40,036 bases of DNA from a virus (IMGVR_UViG_2524614585_000001:1-40036); one strand, 5' to 3'; shown: positions 25,422 to 34,305, counted from the stretch's first letter. The notes: generated by a model from the sequence alone, not told the origin. Made by a program: numbers and translations.

Positions 25422-25531
25422 CACTTCATCCTCCACAATCTATAAATTAGTATTGCCAACACCACACACCCTGCACCGAGAATATACGGTGCTGTTTCCA
25501 GTAACAGTGTAAGCCATGTGTAGACGGTCAT
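25421..25531 (-). CDS. 36-aa TM micro-protein
   Basis: ATGA overlap upstream and TGATG overlap downstream; hydrophobic core APYILGAGCVVLAILIY. Confidence 0.4.
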   Translation of the reverse strand: MTVYTWLTLLLETAPYILGAGCVVLAILIYRLWRMK

Positions 25532-25743
25532 TCCGACGGGCCATTTTCTGCACGCTCTACACGACTAGCACGAACCTCTACAAAACCATGCTCCAAAGTG
25601 TCTATAACTGCTACTGGATAAGCAATTTGCCCTGCTGTTTGGTCTCTCAACATCGGCGTAAAGGGTTCAGCGAACTGAAATACTCCAATTAGTTCTCCGT
25701 AAACATATACACCATTGATTTTTGTCTTTACTTGTTTACTCAT
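25528..25743 (-). CDS. Hypothetical protein (71 aa)
   Basis: ATG 25743 after GCGGGGA; ATGAGTAA overlap. Confidence 0.5.
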   Translation of the reverse strand: MSKQVKTKINGVYVYGELIGVFQFAEPFTPMLRDQTAGQIAYPVAVIDTLEHGFVEVRASRVERAENGPSE

Positions 25744-25948
25744 TGTTATCCCCGCTCTCATACAACGTGTAGTAGCCGTCGGCATCAATTTTAATCCCGT
25801 CTTTGACAGTCGTTGTCCCGGAAATTAAATCTTTTAGCCATTCGTTATGCTCCGTGTAGCATTTCTCACACATATGTTCTTTCACAATAGGTTTCACCGT
25901 GCATTTTGTGCAGTAGTCTACCTCGTCATTTTTTAGCATCGTAATCAC
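25736..25948 (-). CDS. Hypothetical Cys-rich protein (CxxC...CxxC)
   Basis: Packed ORF; CTKC and CEKC. Confidence 0.5.
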   Translation of the reverse strand: MITMLKNDEVDYCTKCTVKPIVKEHMCEKCYTEHNEWLKDLISGTTTVKDGIKIDADGYYTLYESGDNNE

Positions 25949-26168
25949 CGCTTTCGTTTATAAATCTATTCAATCGATTCTTTAAGGTATCCATATCAAT
26001 TCCGTCATAAGGACTAGTAGATACATATTCATTCAATTTCTCCCAAGCCTCAGCCTTCCGATACTTCTCTTTCAACTCTGTCACCATTTCAACAACTTCT
26101 CCACTCCCATTTGTAATAGAGTTCAGCTTGTATAAGTCTGATTCGATCTGGTTGAGGTAGTTAGTCAT
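25926..26168 (-). CDS. Hypothetical protein (80 aa)
   Basis: Packed ORF. Confidence 0.5.
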   Translation of the reverse strand: MTNYLNQIESDLYKLNSITNGSGEVVEMVTELKEKYRKAEAWEKLNEYVSTSPYDGIDMDTLKNRLNRFINESGDYDAKK

Positions 26169-26425
26169 TGGATTCTCTCCTTTACATCTTTCGGCATTTT
26201 CTCGACCAATCCACGTTCTGATTTGAATTTCTGATACTCCTCGTGATTCACATGTAAGATTCCGATATTCTCCGCCAAAGACTGCACCCTGTTTAACGTG
26301 TAGCCGCCTGCTGTAGGTATGACGGTGTACAGGTACTGATCTTTCTTGTTATATAATCTGCGACGATACTTGAAGCCTGTTTTAGTAACCGACTGCTCGA
26401 CTGTGAAAATATCTAGTTGCTGCAT
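26165..26425 (-). CDS. Hypothetical protein (86 aa)
   Basis: ATG 26425 after AAGGAGTGA. Confidence 0.5.
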   Translation of the reverse strand: MQQLDIFTVEQSVTKTGFKYRRRLYNKKDQYLYTVIPTAGGYTLNRVQSLAENIGILHVNHEEYQKFKSERGLVEKMPKDVKERIQ

Positions 26426-26437
26426 GGTTCTCACTCC

Positions 26438-27202
26438 TTAAAAGGCAAGTCGGTACTGACCGTTGTCATATTGAGTAAACTTAATTTGCTCACTCTTTTT
26501 TAAATCTTTGTTGTACACTTTAACAATCGTTTCAATAATTTTAGGTATCGTATTTAAAAGCATCAATTCATCTTCGGTAACATTAATTGCAGTGACTAAA
26601 CGTTTCGTATCCGCACCAGCATCATAAATATTTTTAATTGCCGATATGATTTTGCCTGTCGGTTTTTCCATTCTGAATCGCATGATGACGTCATCCGCAA
26701 ACATATATGCATCTTCTTCATGTTTAACCTCGAATAGTCCATACTCTAAAATTTTGGCAACTGAATGCACTCTTAAATCTTTTGATTTACCTAGTATTCT
26801 GGTCGCTTGTGCCCAAGGCATTCCTGTATATTCCTTGAACTCTTTTAACTTCTCGTAATTTTCATTACCTTGCTTAATGTGATATTCTACGTGCTGCGGC
26901 GTCGTCCACTTCACAACATCAGAGTTCGCTTTTTGTAATGTATTTTCTTTCATATCTGTCTGAATAATGAATTGTACTGGCGCGCTTACTTCTTCGTGCG
27001 CTTTCAGTCTGTGCTGACCGTCTACCACGTTCATATGCTTGTCCACAATAATTGGCGGGAACGTATAACCTTCGTTGATAGACTCTTTTAATCGATTCAC
27101 ATGATTTTTACTAATATCTCTGTTTTCTTCTAAGAAATTAAAATCTTCATAGTTCGTTGTTTCGTAAACACTGTATGCGACTGGATAATCTTTTGTAATC
27201 AT
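26438..27202 (-). CDS. ParB N-terminal-domain (ParB/sulfiredoxin-like, DGQHR motif) protein
   Basis: NRDISKNHVNRLKESI...PPIIVD...VVDGQHRL. Confidence 0.7.
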   Translation of the reverse strand: MITKDYPVAYSVYETTNYEDFNFLEENRDISKNHVNRLKESINEGYTFPPIIVDKHMNVVDGQHRLKAHEEVSAPVQFIIQTDMKENTLQKANSDVVKWTTPQHVEYHIKQGNENYEKLKEFKEYTGMPWAQATRILGKSKDLRVHSVAKILEYGLFEVKHEEDAYMFADDVIMRFRMEKPTGKIISAIKNIYDAGADTKRLVTAINVTEDELMLLNTIPKIIETIVKVYNKDLKKSEQIKFTQYDNGQYRLAF

Positions 27203-27214
27203 TATTTAGTCCTC

Positions 27215-27451
27215 CTAAAATAGTTCTAATTGTCCGCTTAGCGGCTGCCCTACCACCGTCACACTTAAATACCGTATGCCATTCCGTTTTACCATCGGAC
27301 CGCTGCTAATCATCCTCACTTTGAATCTCAATGCGTTCCAGCAATCTTCGCAGGTTTTACGTTCTTCAATCACCTTCATATTTTCATCGTTATAATCGTA
27401 AAGAAACGGTAACTCGTCTTTAAACTGATTGCACTCTTCGCAGCATTTCAT
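27215..27451 (-). CDS. Hypothetical Cys-rich protein (78 aa)
   Basis: CCEEC...CEDC; packed ORF. Confidence 0.5.
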   Translation of the reverse strand: MKCCEECNQFKDELPFLYDYNDENMKVIEERKTCEDCWNALRFKVRMISSGPMVKRNGIRYLSVTVVGQPLSGQLELF

Positions 27452-27660
27452 ATAAAATCCATCAGACTAGTCTGTTCTCCTCTTAACGAATTCAGCTTTA
27501 AACCGTCCTTGTACGCTTCAAATTCTTCATAGGGTACAAATCTGTCACCGATGTACACATCGTCGTTGTACACCACTTCATAACCATTTTTAGCCTTAAT
27601 GAATGTCGCTGTACCTATTGGGTCGATGCGATGGTTGTATAGGTTGAGTGTTTTAGCCAT
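27448..27660 (-). CDS. Hypothetical protein (70 aa)
   Basis: Packed ORF. Confidence 0.5.
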   Translation of the reverse strand: MAKTLNLYNHRIDPIGTATFIKAKNGYEVVYNDDVYIGDRFVPYEEFEAYKDGLKLNSLRGEQTSLMDFI

Positions 27661-28035
27661 CTACAGCATTCCCTTCTCGACCAACGCATCTAACGAGTTT
27701 TTCAATTTAACTTCCACATACCTCATTGTTTTATATGTTTCTCCTGGCCACTCCGGATACGATGGGTCATGTAAATATGCCGGGTTAATATCACCTACAT
27801 GCGTGCAATCGAATCCGTAAACATCATCGTGTTCGTAAGTAATGCCGCAATGAAAATGTTCGTTGATAATCTCGCGCGCATCATCAGTTACGCTGTCTAA
27901 GTGCAGGTATCCACATAGGTGTCCCATGCCTTTGATACGCTTTATTTCGCAAAAAACATTTTGATAGCTGAATGATTTATAATCGCCTTCGTCATTTATT
28001 TTTTGTTCAATTTGGTAATGATTTTCTAGTTCCAT
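27661..28035 (-). CDS. Hypothetical His/Asp-rich protein (124 aa)
   Basis: ATG 28035 after GAAAGTGGG; HLCGYLHLD...HCGITYEHDD...DCTHVGD suggests a metal site. Confidence 0.5.
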   Translation of the reverse strand: MELENHYQIEQKINDEGDYKSFSYQNVFCEIKRIKGMGHLCGYLHLDSVTDDAREIINEHFHCGITYEHDDVYGFDCTHVGDINPAYLHDPSYPEWPGETYKTMRYVEVKLKNSLDALVEKGML

Positions 28036-28037
28036 AT

Positions 28038-28526
28038 TTACGCCCACTTTCTGAATGTATGTTCAAATAAATCTCTCGTGTAGTCGCTTGGCTTCCACTC
28101 TGCCGGTTTCACTGGTACATTCTTAAATACTTTAATCGCTTCTTTTCGTTCGTCATTCGTGGGTACAGGTGCAAATTTAGCTCCATGTGTGCGTTTTACT
28201 ATCATCGTTTCACCCTCCAGTTTGATTAATGTTTTCGTTAAGTTGCGCTTCTTCGCTGCATTAGAACTTAAAAAGTTTAAAGTAACTAATTGCTCCCCGG
28301 TCACTTCCGCAATCTGATGCATCGTGCCTTCTGTAACAAATTCATCATTGAAGTAATACGCGTATATCTGTCTGCGTGTGCCGATCTCAATAACGGTATA
28401 CTTCGAATGTCCTCGATTCGCCATAGCGCGCGCTCGTGATTCAGACACTCCCAACGCTGCTGCAATGTCTTTAATCGTGCCAGTAGCGATAAACGTATCG
28501 CCTTCGTAGGCTTCATATACTTTCAT
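28038..28526 (-). CDS. Hypothetical DNA-binding-like protein (162 aa, two HTH-like segments)
   Basis: IKDIAAALGVSESRARAM and MHQIAEVTGEQL. Confidence 0.45.
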   Translation of the reverse strand: MKVYEAYEGDTFIATGTIKDIAAALGVSESRARAMANRGHSKYTVIEIGTRRQIYAYYFNDEFVTEGTMHQIAEVTGEQLVTLNFLSSNAAKKRNLTKTLIKLEGETMIVKRTHGAKFAPVPTNDERKEAIKVFKNVPVKPAEWKPSDYTRDLFEHTFRKWA

Positions 28527-28536
28527 GACACTCCTC

Positions 28537-29022
28537 CTAACACTTCACGGCGCGAACATCTTCCAATGTCCGTCCGGTTTGTTTTAGTTTATTCAGCAGT
28601 GGCTTTGGAATCGGCATCGGGAAATCTTTTTCCTGCATCCTCATGTATTTAATGCGGCCAATAATTTGAAGTAGTTCCTCGCCCTCGATTTCCGGCTTTG
28701 GTGCCGGTCCATATACATGACTGGATTTCCGAACCGGTGTATTGATCGCACGCTCTTTCGTCCATCCCTGCTTAAATCTGCCTTGTAGTGTTTTATTTGC
28801 GATGCCATTCTGTCTTGCAGTATTGATATCGTCCTCTGTTAGCTCTACACCGTAGATGGTGCGTTTCCGATTAACTCTGGAATACCGTTCATGCGGCTGC
28901 ATAGATATAGCTTCTTCTATCGGCCACCCTTTACTTAATCTGCTGCTTAACGTTTTAGTTTTAATGCCATTTTCTTCAGCAATTTGTTTTTGTCTTTCAG
29001 TCAAATCTCGTAAGCCTGTCAT
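28537..29022 (-). CDS. Tandem-HTH DNA-binding protein (161 aa)
   Basis: Repeated GI.(T/N)KTL..R..(K/Q)GW..E.AI; ATG 29022 sits 6 nt after GGAGGG. Confidence 0.45.
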   Translation of the reverse strand: MTGLRDLTERQKQIAEENGIKTKTLSSRLSKGWPIEEAISMQPHERYSRVNRKRTIYGVELTEDDINTARQNGIANKTLQGRFKQGWTKERAINTPVRKSSHVYGPAPKPEIEGEELLQIIGRIKYMRMQEKDFPMPIPKPLLNKLKQTGRTLEDVRAVKC

Positions 29023-29236
29023 TGTCATCCCTCCAAAGATGCGCCAATACTTCCGCTAATTTCCTCCTAACATGCGATTGTGGTGTCTTTAATAACATTT
29101 GAATGTATTTGTCCCCGAATAAGTTCAATGCGTTTATATCGTCTTTTACGATGGTTTCTCGATTCAATAATTTATCAGCGAGCGCCATTTCCGGAGGAAC
29201 GGCGACCTCGACTGGTTTTTTTAGAGTGTGCAGCAT
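28997..29236 (-). CDS. Hypothetical protein (79 aa)
   Basis: TAATG overlap with the upstream loader gene. Confidence 0.45.
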   Translation of the reverse strand: MLHTLKKPVEVAVPPEMALADKLLNRETIVKDDINALNLFGDKYIQMLLKTPQSHVRRKLAEVLAHLWRDDNDRLTRFD

Positions 29237-30009
29237 TATTTAACCCCTTTCATGCGGTAGTCGTCACCATCTATAACAATGGCTTTTGCTTTTTCCATCA
29301 TTCGAGAAAAGACTCGATACAATGCCTGTGATGATCTGAATTGTTCGCTCGTTAAATTTGTCGTATAGATAGTGCATTTATTCCGTCGTGCATCGACTAA
29401 TCGGAATAGTTCTGACACTTCCCACTCACTCATTCGATTTGCGCCGACATCATCTAAAATTAGTAAATCAGCTTCTTTTGCAAATTTGAAAATCGGATGG
29501 ACTTGGTTTAAGTCTTTAAAGCCTTGTTTCAACTTATCTACATAGTCCGGCAGCGATATGAATAACACTTGATAATCCTGCGCTCTTAACTGATTGCGGA
29601 CTGCAGCTGCGAGATGTGTTTTTCCTGTTCCAAAAGTACCCTGTACTAATAAGCAATTTGATTCAGATAACATCTCGTCAAAATGATTTGCATAGTAACG
29701 CATCTTTTTCGTTGCTTGCACTTGCTCATCGCTATTCGCCTGGTAATTATCGAATGTCTTTTCTTTGTAATCGCCATGCATAATACTCGCTTTCGCAAAA
29801 GCATCAGCTTTTATCTTTTTCTGTTGGTCGTTTACAAACTTGATGCGGTCACATATACATCCGGATTCATTCTCTTTCACTTCACCGTCTGCGAAAGTGA
29901 TCTGCACAATTTTCAAATCTTTACCGCAACCGTCACACTTCTCGCCGGTATATTCGACTTCGGAATGCTTGATTTTGTTCTCGTGCATCATCTTTTTGAT
30001 TTGTTCCAT
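29236..30009 (-). CDS. DnaC/IstB-like AAA+ helicase loader with N-terminal Cys cluster
   Basis: Walker A GTFGTGKTH, Walker B LLILDDVG. Confidence 0.85.
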   Translation of the reverse strand: MEQIKKMMHENKIKHSEVEYTGEKCDGCGKDLKIVQITFADGEVKENESGCICDRIKFVNDQQKKIKADAFAKASIMHGDYKEKTFDNYQANSDEQVQATKKMRYYANHFDEMLSESNCLLVQGTFGTGKTHLAAAVRNQLRAQDYQVLFISLPDYVDKLKQGFKDLNQVHPIFKFAKEADLLILDDVGANRMSEWEVSELFRLVDARRNKCTIYTTNLTSEQFRSSQALYRVFSRMMEKAKAIVIDGDDYRMKGVK

Positions 30010-30021
30010 ATCTGCCCTCCT

Positions 30022-30807
30022 CTAAAATCCTAGTTTTTCAGTTAAACTTTTTTCATAGTCAGTATTAAGATCGACTTCTTGGTGTCCGTTCTTGAAATTA
30101 CCCACTTGTTTCCTACCTTTTTCTTGTACAATCTGTTTGTTGGTTTCGATGGCATCTTCTGAATACCGCTCTTGATTAATGAATACTTCTGGACCACATA
30201 TAAATTGAATTTCGTCCTGTGTTTTTAGATAGATTTCAGTAGCTTTGAAGAATTGTTCTTCGCCGACTTCTTTAATAGCTTTATCGAATTTAGTTCTGAC
30301 TTTCTTCTTGCTGCCGGTTTTCTTCGGATACAACTTCCACCATTTTTCAAAGAGCGCGATATCTTTCTCTTGATGGTTATTCTTATTGATAGTGTTATTA
30401 ATGGAAGTGTTATTATTAGTGGTTATGTTTTCCGTCGTCGGTTTTTCCGTCGTCGGTTTTTCCGTCGTCGCAAAACGTAACGTCGGTATAAACTCGATAG
30501 TGTAGACGTTATGAGTGAATTGACTGCCCTGCTGCCGCTCTTGACTAACTGTGATATATCCCTTTTCTTCCAATAATCTTCGATGCTTATTAAACCGTTG
30601 CCGAGATATTCCTAAGAAGTCCGTTATATATTCAACAGTTGGATAAGCGGAGTTTCCATTACCTGAATAACTTGCAATGAAGGAATAAATCGCTTTAGCT
30701 TCGATACTCAAATCCTTATCTTTCATCACTTTCTTAGGTATGATGCCGTATCCCTCACTCATAACACCCTTTAATTCAATGCGATCTTGCTTCGACACTT
30801 TTATCAC
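30022..30807 (-). CDS. Replisome organizer / replication initiator (N-terminal winged HTH, TTEKP linker, DnaD-like C-terminus)
   Basis: Position upstream of the loader; FEKWWKLYPKK motif. Confidence 0.7.
   Translation of the reverse strand: MIKVSKQDRIELKGVMSEGYGIIPKKVMKDKDLSIEAKAIYSFIASYSGNGNSAYPTVEYITDFLGISRQRFNKHRRLLEEKGYITVSQERQQGSQFTHNVYTIEFIPTLRFATTEKPTTEKPTTENITTNNNTSINNTINKNNHQEKDIALFEKWWKLYPKKTGSKKKVRTKFDKAIKEVGEEQFFKATEIYLKTQDEIQFICGPEVFINQERYSEDAIETNKQIVQEKGRKQVGNFKNGHQEVDLNTDYEKSLTEKLGF
30427..30470. repeat. Three tandem 15-bp repeats GTTTTTCCGTCGTCG (first copy 14 bp), candidate iterons/origin
   Basis: Read directly; they encode the TTEKPTTEKPTTE linker and are flanked by AGTGTTATTA repeats. 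Confidence 0.85.
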
Positions 30808-31325
30808 CCCTTATATATTTTTCTAATTTCATCTCCGTAAGTTTTATCCGTTACAAACTCCATGATTTCGTTTACACACTTCTTAGGACTCTTATAGATT
30901 TCAGAACCCGTAAATCTCATAACGTAATATCCTTCATTCAATAAAAATCTATCTCGAGACTTATCTTTCTGCGCCTGCTCTTTGGTTTTTTCGTGGTAAT
31001 CATGCCCGTCGCACTCAATGACAAGTCTTACGCTCTTATCGTCATCTTCTAGGAATAACACTTCATATAAAAAATCTACTTTTATATAAGAGTCACCCTT
31101 ATCGATTTTGAATTGCGGAGTTAAAACTTCGTTGTACCTCTCGTCGAAATTTCCGTATACAATCGAACTCTTCAGTTGGATAAACAACAATTCTTCAATG
31201 GGTGAGTCAGTATTTTTTACGCTGCTCGGACTAACGTATTCTTTCCCGTCGATAATATGAGCACCCTCCACCATTTCTTTAAAAGACGTCAAAATTTCTT
31301 CCATCACTTCATCGTATCTACTCAT
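30804..31325 (-). CDS. PD-(D/E)XK restriction-endonuclease-fold protein (DUF559/Vsr-like)
   Basis: SPIEELLF...KVDFLY...LVIECDGHDYH...DKSRDRFLLNEGYYVMRF; ATGA overlap with the replisome organizer. Confidence 0.6.
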   Translation of the reverse strand: MSRYDEVMEEILTSFKEMVEGAHIIDGKEYVSPSSVKNTDSPIEELLFIQLKSSIVYGNFDERYNEVLTPQFKIDKGDSYIKVDFLYEVLFLEDDDKSVRLVIECDGHDYHEKTKEQAQKDKSRDRFLLNEGYYVMRFTGSEIYKSPKKCVNEIMEFVTDKTYGDEIRKIYKG

Positions 31326-31349
31326 TCTCATCACTCCATATATATTTTT

Positions 31350-31427
31350 GATATCATTATGATATCTTGTATTTATATTATATCAAAGTGATATCACCTT
31401 TACAACATTAAGTTATCTTGCTATTAT
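31350..31427. promoter_or_regulatory. Back-to-back divergent promoters with four GATATC(A) boxes
   Basis: Boxes at 31350, 31361, 31380 and 31390. Minus promoter: TTGTAA (31400..31405), 17 nt, TATAAT (31377..31382). Plus promoter: TTTACA (31399..31404), 17 nt, TATTAT (31422..31427). Confidence 0.55.
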
Positions 31428-31459
31428 TAAGTTAATAAAGAATTTATAGGAGGATTCTT

Positions 31460-31615
31460 ATGGCTGTGTCTGATGAAAAAACTAGAACGTTAATAACTAT
31501 CTTAAAAACTGATAAAGAAAAACTTGAAGATATCGCTGCAAAAGAAAATCGCAGTTTCAATCAACAGGTTAATCACATCTTGCAACAGTTCTTAAAAGAT
31601 CAGAGTGCCAATTAG
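31460..31615 (+). CDS. Ribbon-helix-helix (CopG/Arc/MetJ-type) DNA-binding protein, 51 aa
   Basis: RBS TAGGAGGA; MAVSDEKTRTLITILKTDKEKLEDIAAKENRSFNQQVNHILQQFLK has a beta-alpha-alpha pattern; not in the ORF track (below cutoff). Confidence 0.65.
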   Translation: MAVSDEKTRTLITILKTDKEKLEDIAAKENRSFNQQVNHILQQFLKDQSAN

Positions 31616-31630
31616 GCACTCTTTTTTATT
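31602..31630. terminator. Terminator shared by the convergent RHH gene and ssb
   Basis: AGAGTGCC-aatta-GGCACTCT plus TTTTTTATTT. Confidence 0.7.
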
Positions 31631-32103
31631 TAAAATGGAAGATCATCATCATTCACATCTACTGGTCCGCCATTTTCAAATGGATTCGGTTCAACCGGTC
31701 GATTTCCTCGCGCTTGCTGCGGCTGATCGTTTCCGTAAGCTGGTTTGTAGCTACTTTGATTATTGTTAGATTGCTGATTGCCACTCTTCGGCTCCAGGAA
31801 CTGAACGCTTTCACACACAACTTCAGTTACATAAACACGCTGTCCATCTTTGTTTTCATAGTTCCTAGTTTGAATACGTCCATCGATTCCACATAAGCTA
31901 CCTTTCTTTAGGTACTGGTTCACGTTCTCTGCTTGTTTACGGAAGGTTACGCAGTTAATAAAATCTGCACTCTGTTCGCCGTCTTTGCTTGTAAATGGTC
32001 GATTGACTGCTAAATTAAAACTTGTGACTGCAATATTAGATTGACTGACCCTTAATTCAGGGTCTTTAGTCAATCTGCCTACTAATACAACTCTATTGAG
32101 CAT
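31630..32103 (-). CDS. ssb: Single-stranded DNA-binding protein
   Basis: [20 protein letters not shown]-fold start and DDDLPF tail; start moved to ATG 32103. Confidence 0.9.
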   Translation of the reverse strand: MLNRVVLVGRLTKDPELRVSQSNIAVTSFNLAVNRPFTSKDGEQSADFINCVTFRKQAENVNQYLKKGSLCGIDGRIQTRNYENKDGQRVYVTEVVCESVQFLEPKSGNQQSNNNQSSYKPAYGNDQPQQARGNRPVEPNPFENGGPVDVNDDDLPF

Positions 32104-32923
32104 CTGTTGCACCTTCTTCCATTTGTGGATAATCTGCGACAACTTCTGGCATATCAACATAGCTATCATCGTCAGGAGTAATATCCTTAATGCTTCTACC
32201 TACACCTTCGTCATGCGATACTGCTGTTTGCATTTCTACTGAGACCGGAAGGTATTTCCACATGTAACGGATCACTGTCTTCTTCGCCATTTCTTCATAA
32301 TCTGTTGCCCATGGAGAATACTTACTGTTGCCTGCTTTACTTCTTGCTCTGCGTTTTTCAATTTCTGACTTCGGCATATACTCAAATTGATAGCCACCGT
32401 CTTTAAAGTGAGCCACTGCATAAGCACCTTTGAATGCTCCTCTGTCATCTTCTGTCGGTACATGTTTCAAATCACTGTGCAAACCGAGCTGATAATCAAA
32501 TTCATCATTCTCATAGACTGCGTGCGCATAAATCGATTGGATATGTCCAGATCGTCTCGCTAAATCAATCATTCCTCGGTAGCCGATGATAAACGTAACG
32601 TCTGTCGTGCCCTTCTTATTGTTTCTGAATGGTAAGAAGTAGCAGTGACCCATTGGTCCTGGTTCAAGACCGAGTTGTGCAGATTGCATCACTGCACCAA
32701 GTAAGCTCGATACATCGGCTTCTTTTAGCTGTGGTGTCGTTCTAATAACCGTTGTCGCCATTCTTGTCATACGTTCAATGCTCATGTGCTGCGGAAGTGC
32801 CTGTGCCATTGCCGGTGCCATCTGGTCGATATAGTCCCCGATTGTTTTTGGTTTGTTACCTTGTGCGACTTCGTTTTGCTTTTGCGTTGCTACCTGCTGT
32901 TTTAAAGTTTCATTCGTTGCCAT
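32093..32923 (-). CDS. recT: RecT-family single-strand annealing recombinase
   Basis: LGLEPG...CYFLPF...[13 protein letters not shown] blocks; paired with the YqaJ exonuclease. Confidence 0.85.
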   Translation of the reverse strand: MATNETLKQQVATQKQNEVAQGNKPKTIGDYIDQMAPAMAQALPQHMSIERMTRMATTVIRTTPQLKEADVSSLLGAVMQSAQLGLEPGPMGHCYFLPFRNNKKGTTDVTFIIGYRGMIDLARRSGHIQSIYAHAVYENDEFDYQLGLHSDLKHVPTEDDRGAFKGAYAVAHFKDGGYQFEYMPKSEIEKRRARSKAGNSKYSPWATDYEEMAKKTVIRYMWKYLPVSVEMQTAVSHDEGVGRSIKDITPDDDSYVDMPEVVADYPQMEEGATDAQ

Positions 32924-32925
32924 AA

Positions 32926-33873
32926 TTATTGTTCCTCCTTGATTTGTTTGATTCTTAATACTCTGTATTCCGATTCTTTATAGAACTGATCAATCACATC
33001 TTTGCCGTACTTTTTTTCCAGTGCTTTCTTATCTATGCTGCGGCGAGTCTGCTGTTTCCATGTCGCAATATATGCTTCTGTTTTGCCTGCTGCATTATGT
33101 CCAAGCGAATCTTTCAACTGATTCTCATATTTCTTTTGCAGTTGCTGTTTTTCTTTAATATCTTCTTTGATACTTTCTATAGCTTTCATCAACGTATCGG
33201 CTTCTGAACCCAACTCAATCTCTTCATTATCAATATCTTGATACATATGATTAATGAAGTCCGATGTGGCTTCACTTCCATCAATCTCTGGAATAACGTT
33301 TGCTTGAACATTGTTCTCCCAGAACTCTTTTTCAGCATCAATGATAATTTGAATCAGTTCATCGTCTCTTTCAATTTCTTTCCAGATAAATGATTGGCCA
33401 CCAATTAAAACAGCGATATATGCCTTCTCAAAGCCTGTGACAGCCATGTAATGTTGAATCTGACACAAATACTGTGCCGGCACGTTATCGTCTTCCCATT
33501 GCTCTGCGTTGTACTGTGAGGTAGTTTTACATTCGAGTAATGCTTTCTCACCGACGACAACACGGTCCAGGTTAGCCATCATAAAATGATGCTCAGGATG
33601 TCTTAGCATTCTGTTATCTCTACGCACTTTCTTACCGGTACGTGCTGCAAATTCTTCTGCCACCACGTCTTCTAAAACGTTCCCGAAATGAATTGCATCA
33701 TTGCTGATTTCTTGAATCATCTCCGGATTCGTTTTTTCAAAGAACAACTGTGTTTTAGACTTCCATTTGTTCACTCCAAGTATTGTCCCAGCGTCACTGC
33801 CGCCGATACCTGTCATGCGCTCCTGTAGCCATTCTTCACGTGTTAAATCTTTTATATTGACTAGCTCTGCCAT
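32926..33873 (-). CDS. YqaJ-type viral recombinase exonuclease
   Basis: GIGGSDAGTILGVNKWKS; PD-(D/E)XK core LECKT. Confidence 0.85.
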   Translation of the reverse strand: MAELVNIKDLTREEWLQERMTGIGGSDAGTILGVNKWKSKTQLFFEKTNPEMIQEISNDAIHFGNVLEDVVAEEFAARTGKKVRRDNRMLRHPEHHFMMANLDRVVVGEKALLECKTTSQYNAEQWEDDNVPAQYLCQIQHYMAVTGFEKAYIAVLIGGQSFIWKEIERDDELIQIIIDAEKEFWENNVQANVIPEIDGSEATSDFINHMYQDIDNEEIELGSEADTLMKAIESIKEDIKEKQQLQKKYENQLKDSLGHNAAGKTEAYIATWKQQTRRSIDKKALEKKYGKDVIDQFYKESEYRVLRIKQIKEEQ

Positions 33874-34142
33874 GATTTATCCTCCTGTGGTAGAATTGGT
33901 TTATAGTATTTTTTCTTGACGACCGGTCTGCCAACCGGTCGTTTTTTCATTTCTTCAGGTATTGCACTTTTCTTTAACGACTGTGCAATTTGGAAAAATT
34001 GATTTCTGTAAAAATCTGCTTCACCTTTATAGAAAGAAAGCTCCTTTCTTAATTCTGCGTTTTCTGTTTCCAGTCGCTGCACATCTTTTCCAAACTCATA
34101 AGATAAATCTCTGAAGAATGTCATTTCATTAGATTTCTGCAT
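33861..34142 (-). CDS. Hypothetical coiled-coil protein with basic tail (93 aa)
   Basis: Packed ORF; KKRPVGRPVVKKK. Confidence 0.5.
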   Translation of the reverse strand: MQKSNEMTFFRDLSYEFGKDVQRLETENAELRKELSFYKGEADFYRNQFFQIAQSLKKSAIPEEMKKRPVGRPVVKKKYYKPILPQEDKSWQS

Positions 34143-34305
34143 GTTGCAAAGCCTCCATAATTGAGTAGTAGTCTTCTACAGATAAACCACCTTCGCTATA
34201 TACAATGTCTACTCGTTTCATAGCGTATTGCACAGCATCTTGGGATTGTTGAAAATCTTGTTGAAGCGCTTCGAGTTCTGATTTTTCGATAGTAGGTGCT
34301 GACAT
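34129..34305 (-). CDS. Hypothetical protein (58 aa)
   Basis: ATG 34305 sits 2 nt after the upstream stop; fills an otherwise empty gap; below the track cutoff. Confidence 0.45.
   Translation of the reverse strand: MSAPTIEKSELEALQQDFQQSQDAVQYAMKRVDIVYSEGGLSVEDYYSIMEALQHAEI

Noticed and set aside
30427-30470. Short tandem repeats as a possible CRISPR-like array (also considered for 10732..11259)
   Set aside because: The repeats are directly adjacent with no spacers, lie in frame inside coding sequence, and no cas genes are present.
31630-32169. N-terminal 22-aa extension of SSB in the ORF track
   Set aside because: The extension overlaps recT. The canonical SSB N-terminus [11 protein letters not shown] starts at ATG 32103.
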